A DNA stretch of 33,221 nt from Thermodesulfovibrionales bacterium (GTDB lineage Bacteria; Nitrospirota; Thermodesulfovibrionia; Thermodesulfovibrionales; UBA6898), in NCBI GenBank assembly GCA_044450345.1, contig JBIOIY010000036.1:1-33221 (forward strand). The letters are read 5' to 3'. A program made the position numbers and the translations under genes. Positions within the stretch are counted from its first letter, which is position 1; every line of letters starts with the position of its first letter. Below are positions 26,718 through 33,221 of the stretch, one piece after another. A model generated the notes under the pieces. The model was not told the DNA's origin and ran no database searches. It worked only from the letters and a program-made list of their open reading frames with translations.

Positions 26718-28409
26718 ATGGGTAAATCTTCAAGGGTGAAAAACACGGTTGATGTTGCCAGGGAGGTCTTGATCGATCGAAGCAGTTCAGAAGGTTCGGA
26801 ACCCCTTGATACCAGAGGGATGTTGCGAAAACGACTTGTTCATATTGTCCTGATAGCAGCTGTTGGGTTCCTCGCCTATTCCAATACTTTCTACAGTCCG
26901 TTCCAGTTTGATGACAGGTCTCAGATTATTGACAATCCTGTCATTAAAGATCTGAAGAACTTCACTTCAGACAGAAGGGGCTATGACTATAACCCCCGGC
27001 GCTTCATCGGCTATCTTTCCCTTGCCCTGAACTATCGCCTCGGAGGGTTGGATGTTATCGGCTACCACATTGTGAACCTTCTCATCCATATCGGCAATGC
27101 GTTTCTCGTCTACTTGTTTGTACTTCTGACTTTCAGGACACCGTCGATGCGGCAATCCGCCGATTCCTCCCCTCCTGCTCCTGTTTTGATCGCCCTTTTT
27201 TCGGCGCTTCTCTTCGTTTCACACCCCTTACAGACCCAGGCGGTGACGTATGTCATTCAGCGGCTCGCTTCCCTTGCGACGTTCTTTTATCTCCTCTCCC
27301 TGGTCATGTACATAAAGGGAAGGCTGGCAATCGAGAAACAGGATGACACCGGGGGCAGATTGTTTTCCGGTCCCTCCCTGCTTTTTTATCTTGTCTCTCT
27401 TATTGCTACTGTGTGTGCGATGAAGACGAAAGAGATGGCCTTTACCCTTCCGCTCGTGATAGTCCTCTATGAGGTTATCTTTTTCAAATCCCCGCTAAAG
27501 AAGATGCTTCTTTTCCTTCTGCCGATCATACTGACTCTGATAGTCGTTCCCCTCAGTATTCTTCACAGTGATAGACCTCTCGGAGAAATATTGTCGGATG
27601 TGAGCGAAATGACGAAGGTCCAGACTCAGATGTCACGATGGGAATATCTCGTGACCGAGATGAGGGTGATCGTCACCTATATGCGGCTCATCTTTCTGCC
27701 GATAAACCAGAACATCGATTACGACTACCCGGTATACCATTCCCTGTTGACGCCCCCGGTCTTTCTCTCTTTTCTCTTTCTCCTGTCGATCTTTGGACTC
27801 GGGGTATATCTTCTTTTACGGGGGATGAAGAACAATCCCCCCTCATCTGCCGCCCATTACCGTCCTATCGGTTTCGGGATTCTCTGGTTTTTCATAACCG
27901 TGTCTGTCGAGTCGAGCATCATTCCGATTGTGGATGTGATATTTGAGCACCGGCTCTATCTTCCCCTGGTAGGAGCACTCACGGGAATAACGACAGGGGT
28001 ATTGATCGCCGCAAAGAGGCTGAAGATCGAAAAGATTGTCATACCGGTGCTTGTTCTGATAACACTCATCCTCTCAGGCCTCACCTATGCGAGGAATACT
28101 CTATGGAAAGACGAGATGAGCTTGTGGCAGGACGCAGTAGAGAAGAGTCCGAACAAGGGCCGTCCTCATAATGGTCTTGGTGCTGCATACGCATCTAATA
28201 GTCAACTCGATATGGCTATAGCGGAATACCAAACAGCATTACGGTTGAAGCCTGATTTCGTAGAAGCTCGTTTTAACCTTGCATTTGCTTACCTAAAAAA
28301 GGGCAATGCGGATATAGCGCGGAGAGAAGTTGATTTGATTCTCAATGTAAAACCTGATCTCTATGAAGCACGCCAGCTTCTCAAGGACATCATTTCAAGA
28401 CAGCACTAA
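26718..28409 (+). CDS. TMTC-like GT-C + 2 TPR, paralog 7 (closest to paralog 3)
   Basis: PFQFDD, YNPRRFIGYL, HPLQTQAVTYVIQR, MKTKE, FEHRLYLP, then 2 TPRs. Confidence 0.93.
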   Translation: MGKSSRVKNTVDVAREVLIDRSSSEGSEPLDTRGMLRKRLVHIVLIAAVGFLAYSNTFYSPFQFDDRSQIIDNPVIKDLKNFTSDRRGYDYNPRRFIGYLSLALNYRLGGLDVIGYHIVNLLIHIGNAFLVYLFVLLTFRTPSMRQSADSSPPAPVLIALFSALLFVSHPLQTQAVTYVIQRLASLATFFYLLSLVMYIKGRLAIEKQDDTGGRLFSGPSLLFYLVSLIATVCAMKTKEMAFTLPLVIVLYEVIFFKSPLKKMLLFLLPIILTLIVVPLSILHSDRPLGEILSDVSEMTKVQTQMSRWEYLVTEMRVIVTYMRLIFLPINQNIDYDYPVYHSLLTPPVFLSFLFLLSIFGLGVYLLLRGMKNNPPSSAAHYRPIGFGILWFFITVSVESSIIPIVDVIFEHRLYLPLVGALTGITTGVLIAAKRLKIEKIVIPVLVLITLILSGLTYARNTLWKDEMSLWQDAVEKSPNKGRPHNGLGAAYASNSQLDMAIAEYQTALRLKPDFVEARFNLAFAYLKKGNADIARREVDLILNVKPDLYEARQLLKDIISRQH

Positions 28410-28429
28410 GGTGCATCATTGCAAGGTTC

Positions 28430-28465
28430 AGAGGCCGGCAGGCCCAAATCGGACTGCCGGCCTCT
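28430..28465. terminator. Hairpin between convergent genes (putative terminator)
   Basis: 12-bp perfect stem AGAGGCCGGCAG / CTGCCGGCCTCT with only a weak U-tract. Confidence 0.55.
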
Positions 28466-28475
28466 TCCGTAAAGG

Positions 28476-30173
28476 TTAAGGGGTCGCCGTGAAGTTAACC
28501 GTCAGATTCGTCCCTGCGATAGAGACGGTCACCGGATTCTGGTTTCCCCCTGTGAGCGGGTCACCGTCAAAGGTAAATCCGGACCTGTTTGCCGTGACCG
28601 TGTATGTGCCGCAACCCTGGGGAGCGAAACTGTAGTTGCCGTTTGCATCCGTGGTCGCTACCCCCTGCGTTGACACACCCTTCTTCAATATCATCGTGAC
28701 ACCGGAAAGAGGTCCTGCCGGATGCGTGACCTGGCCGCTTATTGTGTAGGTTGCGGGGACCTTCACTCCCGTAATGTTATGCGAAGCAATAGCCCCTGCA
28801 TTGTCTGTCACGGTATGCAGTATTGTAAAGATACTTGCCGTGGCATAGGTTTTTGTAAAAACGCTGTTTGAGGGTGAAGTGCTAAGGAAGACACTCCTTG
28901 GTGTAGAGGAACTATCCCCCCAACTGATCGTTACATTTCCATTCCCTGAGTGGCCGCACGTGTTGTAATCGGAGTCTGTTGAAAGGTCAGTCAGCGTCAC
29001 CGTGCTGCAGGAAATGGATATTGACTCATTTATTGCGGGCGGTTGATTTACTGCCTGGGGAGTTATGCTCGCCATCTGGGAATAAGGGTGGTTGTTTGCG
29101 TCTCTCCCGCTCAATGTCACCGTGTAAGGCCCTGCAGACTGATAAAGGTGATCGACAGAACATACCTGAGATGAGGTGTTGTCACCCAGATCCCAGGAAC
29201 AACTGTACGGAGCGGTGCCTCCTGAATAAGAGGTCGAGAGCAATGTCTCAAAGCAGACCGGACCGCTGTTTTGCGTGATGGTAGCCAATATGCTCACTTT
29301 GCCCCAGTAAAGATCGGTACCGCCATGGCAGGATATGGTGAAACACTTTCCACCGCCCGAATCATAGGCATAGGTGAAGCTGACGGGCTGGCCCAGATAG
29401 GTTGCCGCAGGGTCGGGCGCAACATTATAGATCCCGTTGTGATGGTTCGCTTCATTGGTGATGGTCACCCCGTCGGTTGTAGTGGGATAATGGCAGAAGT
29501 TACATGGCTGCCTGTGGTTGTCTCCCGGGTTCTGACCAACCAAATGGCTGTTTGACTTCGGCTGGTCCTGCGGATAGGAAGGCGGGTACCCATGGCAGGA
29601 AGTGCACGCGAGAGGACCTGAGGCTGTCCACTGGGGAGAGGAGTTCGCTGCGACAGGCCTCTGGTCATTAAGCGGAGGAACGCCGGAAGCATTAATGTTC
29701 TGAGTTCCTCCTGTCCCGTTGCTGTGACAGTAGGTAGTCGAGCAGGTCATGGAACCGCCCGTGGTGATGAGCGTTCCGTTCGTACCTTCATAAGTCCATG
29801 GCGAGTTAAGGCTTACGCTGCCGTCGTACACCGTACCTGCGCCAACGGTGCCGTTTATATTAAAGCCGATCTGGAGCATGTTGTTGCCGCAGAGAGGAGT
29901 GAAAGGCATGCCGTTGAAATGGCAGACATAGCAGATGGAGATCTGCGCACGATTGAACGTTCCGTTAGTGTGTGCCAAGTGTGCTCCCGACGTGAAACCG
30001 ACTCCTGCAAGACCGTTTGGGCCGCCGACCGTACTCACGATAGGCGGATTGCCATGACACTGGTTGCAACCGCACTGGCTGTCATCAGCATACACATACG
30101 AAGACAACACCAGCAAACAAATGATTGATAAGATAATAATTACGCCTTCTCGCCCGCCCCTTTTCCTCTTCAT
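28476..30173 (-). CDS. Secreted multiheme c-type cytochrome (CxxxxCH/CxxCH type) with PKD-like and carboxypeptidase-regulatory-like Ig domains
   Basis: Start MKRKRGG after AGGAGG; signal ending VYA. Four CxxCH (CNQCH, CYVCH, CTSCH, CNFCH) and two CxxxxCH (CSTTYCH, CFTISCH). PKD-like WDLGD...HLY...YTVTL and WGD...Y...TVTDNAG, then ISGQVT...TTDANGNYSF...GTYTVTA. Confidence 0.9.
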   Translation of the reverse strand: MKRKRGGREGVIIILSIICLLVLSSYVYADDSQCGCNQCHGNPPIVSTVGGPNGLAGVGFTSGAHLAHTNGTFNRAQISICYVCHFNGMPFTPLCGNNMLQIGFNINGTVGAGTVYDGSVSLNSPWTYEGTNGTLITTGGSMTCSTTYCHSNGTGGTQNINASGVPPLNDQRPVAANSSPQWTASGPLACTSCHGYPPSYPQDQPKSNSHLVGQNPGDNHRQPCNFCHYPTTTDGVTITNEANHHNGIYNVAPDPAATYLGQPVSFTYAYDSGGGKCFTISCHGGTDLYWGKVSILATITQNSGPVCFETLLSTSYSGGTAPYSCSWDLGDNTSSQVCSVDHLYQSAGPYTVTLSGRDANNHPYSQMASITPQAVNQPPAINESISISCSTVTLTDLSTDSDYNTCGHSGNGNVTISWGDSSSTPRSVFLSTSPSNSVFTKTYATASIFTILHTVTDNAGAIASHNITGVKVPATYTISGQVTHPAGPLSGVTMILKKGVSTQGVATTDANGNYSFAPQGCGTYTVTANRSGFTFDGDPLTGGNQNPVTVSIAGTNLTVNFTATP

Positions 30174-30367
30174 TGCAGCCCTCCTGAACATAAAAAAATT
30201 TGTCAACAGACCGTTCCTTGACCTGTTTTCCTTTGCAGGATATGAACGTCTTCTCCCCACCTGGAAATGTCCTCTAAAACCCGGAAGCCCTGCCCGCCAA
30301 ACAATGGTACCGTGAATTTTCCGGATAAGAATTCCCGTATTTATCGCCTGTCGAGAGTGATCATATA

Positions 30368-30396
30368 AGTATAGGTCATTAATTGTCTGATTGCAA
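30368..30396 (-). promoter_or_regulatory. Sigma70-type promoter for the cytochrome gene
   Basis: Minus strand TTGCAA (30396-30391), 17-bp spacer, TATACT (30373-30368). Confidence 0.6.
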
Positions 30397-30410
30397 GCCT
30401 GCTCTAATCT

Positions 30411-32129
30411 GAGGGTTTCGAGAAATAGCATTTTTGGAAGCGGTGGTGGCAGGGGATACCGCGTCGCCGGATCAGGAAGATACCGATTTCTCATTTTAAA
30501 CCTCTTTTATCTCGCTGAGACGCCTGTCCGCGCCTCAATTTGCCGTAACAGGAAACACCACTCCCTTAAAGCGCCTGATTCCTCAATGAACCATTCGTTC
30601 AAGCAGCCCGTTTTATCAGGGACCTCATGTCTTTCTCCTGGTTTCTTTTTATCCTCGCCAGCGCCATCGACAGCATCACTAACAGCGCCAGGCCAACCCT
30701 CAGTGTCATCTTTGCCTTGCCCCTGATAAAGTGATGCTCAAAACCAAAGGATAGATCTATCCGGCTGTTTACCCTCTCAACTGCTGTCCTGCCGTTATAT
30801 ATCCTCTTCCACTTGTAACTGCTTCGCGCTATCGGCACAAATATCCGTCTGTCGGTTTCAAGCGGTATCCTCACTGTTTTGCCTTTTGTCTCGCCGGAGC
30901 ACTCAGCATATCCTTTGCACTCTATTCCGTAGGCCGCTGCCGGACATTTGTATTTCAATGTCTTTCTGCCCTTCTCAAATCCGTAAAACGCCATCTCGTA
31001 TCGTTCATTGCTTGAGGGACAATGACAGTACACCGTTCCACGGTAATCGTACACAACATTATCTGTTGTGTCAGCGACGAGAGCCTTTGTCTGCTCTCCG
31101 TCCTTCCAATTGTTCCGTATGTCTATTACCGGCTTTATCCCGTGTTCATCATAGAGAACTTCATTGTGGGGGCCGCTGTCATATGCCTTATCTCCTGCAA
31201 GTGTCTCTATCGTCTCGAAATGCCTCTGCTTTGCATCCTTTACCATCGGCACCATCTCTTCAATGTCCGGTCTCGACGCCTTGGTTATTCCGTATCCAAC
31301 GGGTAACTCATAAGTGGTGTCTACAAGAAGATGCAGCTTATACCCAAACCACGATACGACTTTCTCCCAAAGGCTTCCGTCTTTCCTTTTCCCCTTGTAT
31401 GTCTTTCTCCCCCAATCGGCTTGCCGGTCAGAACTCTCTTGAGAATCCTTTTTCCCTTTCGCATAGCTCTCTATCGCCTTGCTGTCTATCGCCAGATACT
31501 TTCCCAAATCAGGCAGATATCTCTTCAATTCCTCTATGAGCCCATCAAACATCCCGTCAATCATTTCTTGCTTGTTCATCAGTTTCTTCAGCATCAAGCA
31601 GTAGGCATCCTTCGAGGGCACTGCCCATTCCCCCAGCGCAGCGTCAAATCCACAGGCCTCCCGCAATTCGCCGTTTCTTAACAGCTCCCGCCGCAGCGAC
31701 TCTATCGATATATGCTGATATACGATCCCGGCAAGTATACTGTTCCACACCCCACGTATCGGATAATCATCGCGGCGGCCTTTTCGCTCCGCCTCCAATG
31801 CCTTCATAAGTCCATCATCGGGTATCGCCTCTATCACCATCTTCAGCCTCTCCAACTCCCCGCTTGCCTCTACGTCCTTCCAACTGAATATCTTTTGCTG
31901 TATAATCTTTGCCAAGGGCGCGGCTCCTTTCTTGTTTGTTTTGTCTGATAACCTAACTTCGCAAGAAATGTGCCCCGCGCCTGATTATTTTTCTTGGGGT
32001 GATTTTTAGAATTTCTCTATCTCTTCCAGCTCCAACTAAGGTTTTACACGCACATATTGGGGTAATCTCTTTTCTCTATATCTCGTAAAACCGCTCATAT
32101 CAATCTGTTGGCCATTTCTCGAAACCCTC
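30411..32129 (-). mobile_element. Complete insertion sequence, IS1182/IS5-like DDE element, 1719 bp
   Basis: Terminal inverted repeats GAGGGTTTCGAGAAATAGC (30411-30429) and GCCATTTCTCGAAACCCTC (32111-32129), 18/19 match, flank one transposase gene. No clear target duplication. Confidence 0.88.
30599..31915 (-). CDS. DDE transposase (IS1182/IS5-like)
   Basis: LAIDSK, WFGYKLHLLVD, LAGDKAYD, Y..RTAVERVNSR; TTG start. Confidence 0.93.
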   Translation of the reverse strand: MAKIIQQKIFSWKDVEASGELERLKMVIEAIPDDGLMKALEAERKGRRDDYPIRGVWNSILAGIVYQHISIESLRRELLRNGELREACGFDAALGEWAVPSKDAYCLMLKKLMNKQEMIDGMFDGLIEELKRYLPDLGKYLAIDSKAIESYAKGKKDSQESSDRQADWGRKTYKGKRKDGSLWEKVVSWFGYKLHLLVDTTYELPVGYGITKASRPDIEEMVPMVKDAKQRHFETIETLAGDKAYDSGPHNEVLYDEHGIKPVIDIRNNWKDGEQTKALVADTTDNVVYDYRGTVYCHCPSSNERYEMAFYGFEKGRKTLKYKCPAAAYGIECKGYAECSGETKGKTVRIPLETDRRIFVPIARSSYKWKRIYNGRTAVERVNSRIDLSFGFEHHFIRGKAKMTLRVGLALLVMLSMALARIKRNQEKDMRSLIKRAA

Positions 32130-32211
32130 GAAAAGTCTAATACCTGGAGATCAGATCTGGTTGTTTTATAAGCTTTTTCTGTTTGTATCGCAGACATGCG
32201 GGAGGACTGTC

Positions 32212-32283
32212 TGGGTATTTCGGAGGCAATGCGGACAGTGATTTAGACGGATTGCGGACACCAAATCCGAAACATTGCGGACA
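32212..32283 (+). mobile_element. IS21-family-like terminal repeat array (element end)
   Basis: Starts TGGGTATTTCGG, then TGCGGACA three times at 23-bp spacing (32230, 32253, 32276), like the tandem transposase-binding repeats of IS21 ends. Confidence 0.6.
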
Positions 32284-32479
32284 AGGGCAATCCCAGCGAG
32301 AGTTCACCAAGTGCGGCGAGGGGACAAACCGAAACCATTAACAAGACAGAACTCCACGTTTCCCCCCTACAATAACCCATCCCTTTATTTGGGACACCGA
32401 CTGATATGTATTAAACCTGTCAAGTGAGTGTTTTCTTTCTTGCCTCTTATATCCCCTCCTTTGAGAATGTGTACCTCGG

Positions 32480-32660
32480 ACAGAACAGCAGTAATGAACG
32501 ACGGTAGATCACTCTGATATACGCGGGTTGGGTACCGCATGACTTATCTTCGTCGTGGAGCTGCCTCTGTCTAACCGCGAGGGTCATCCTGTCTGCAGGC
32601 GCCTCATAGTCGGTACGAGGGTTCTCCCAACCGACTGCTGTCCTGCCCGAAGTCCACATT
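32480..32660 (-). ncRNA. Candidate IS110 bridge/seek RNA (boundaries approximate)
   Basis: GC-rich non-coding tract downstream of the transposase with blocks GGAGAACCCTCG, TAGACAGAGGCAGCTCCACGACG and CATGCGGTACCCAACCCGCG, which I recall from IS110 3' ends (not verified). Confidence 0.5.
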
Positions 32661-32767
32661 GTCCCAATCAATAACGTTGTCTGAAGAGGCGGAGAAACGC
32701 TCCTACCTTTTCGGAGCTCCACAAGACAACACCGATAGTTTTCTGCTCTGATCAAATCTTCTTATCC

Positions 32768-33221
32768 TTATGCAGCAGCGCAAACATAGGGTTTCCCCAT
32801 TACCTCGCAGCCTATTGCCCAGACAAAGCCGCTCAATTCACGTGCTACGGCAGTACATGCTTCGACAGGACGCTTTCCCTTATTGACCAGATACCAATAC
32901 CTCTTGCACAGCCGTTTTTGCGCTTTCCATGCTATCGCCTGCACCGTTTCGCTGGTCTTCTCAGCACGGCGCTGAATTTGAGCTGTTTTACGGGCCGGTG
33001 AACGATAACACCACGAAGCCTCTATGAGTACACGTCTCACATGTCCATTACCTGTCTTGGTAATCCCCCCTCGTTGCTGGCGATTCCCACTTGAATGCTC
33101 ACTCGGAACTAATCCCAGATGAGCCATGATCTGACGAGCAGAGGCGAAACGACTGATATCGCCCAGTTCAGCTACCACCGTCATCGCGGTAATGAGCTCT
33201 ACTCCCCGAAGGGCCATGAGA
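32768..33221 (-). CDS. IS110-family transposase/recombinase, C-terminal part
   Basis: GVELITAMTVVAELGDISRF...LGLVPSEHSSG...GGITKTGNGHVRRVLIEA...AVAREL. Confidence 0.95.
   Translation of the reverse strand, partial: LMALRGVELITAMTVVAELGDISRFASARQIMAHLGLVPSEHSSGNRQQRGGITKTGNGHVRRVLIEASWCYRSPARKTAQIQRRAEKTSETVQAIAWKAQKRLCKRYWYLVNKGKRPVEACTAVARELSGFVWAIGCEVMGKPYVCAAA

Larger units (their letters stand above)
32401..33221 (-). mobile_element. IS110-family element, 3' part (cut by the window end)
   Basis: Transposase C-terminus, about 365 bp of non-coding tail, and an outward TTGACA (32423-32418) followed by GGTTTAATACATATCAG at the inferred end. Confidence 0.78.

Noticed and set aside
30174..30365. 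GEMM-I (c-di-GMP/cGAMP) riboswitch in the cytochrome leader
   Set aside because: Plausible from Geobacter precedent, but I could not find the characteristic P1/P2 motifs by eye; cmscan would be decisive.
30174..30494. 107-aa N-terminal extension of the cytochrome ORF
   Set aside because: It begins inside the IS end and crosses the predicted promoter; the RBS and signal peptide fit ATG 30173.
30401..32140. Target-site duplication for the IS1182/IS5-like element
   Set aside because: The flanks (..CTAATCT and GAAAAGT..) show no direct repeat abutting both inverted repeats.
32447..32755. 102-aa ORF downstream of the IS110 transposase
   Set aside because: No recognisable protein features; it coincides with the element's non-coding end.

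Overview
Bacterial accessory region, by gene content most like Nitrospirota or Desulfobacterota (inference). The left part (1-6414) holds the tail and end of an IS200/IS605 element, a hicAB toxin-antitoxin pair with a palindromic operator, a receiver-PilZ gene, an orphan substrate-binding protein without a signal peptide, a 46-bp shard of amtB, and a coupled operon encoding a histidine kinase, a receiver-TPR-HEPN-like protein and a degenerate MotB/OmpA-like protein. The centre (6789-30173) is an envelope locus with seven paralogous TMTC-like (GT-C fold plus TPR) membrane glycosyltransferase genes: four intact, two with TGG-to-TAG lesions and one internally deleted. It also has two DPM1-like GT2 genes, a truncated DUF2304 gene, two SurA-N-like proteins and a GspC-like protein. 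Three secreted Ser/Thr-rich proteins, one a CxxxxCH/CxxCH multiheme cytochrome with PKD-like domains, each lie tail-to-tail with an intact transferase. Variable loops of the transferases carry in-frame palindromic DNA elements (GTAG REP doublets, an inverted heptamer array, a nested hairpin). The right end (30411-33221) is an IS pile-up: a complete IS1182/IS5-like element, an IS21-like end, and an IS110 3' part with a candidate bridge RNA. All family calls come from motif recognition by eye; no searches were run.
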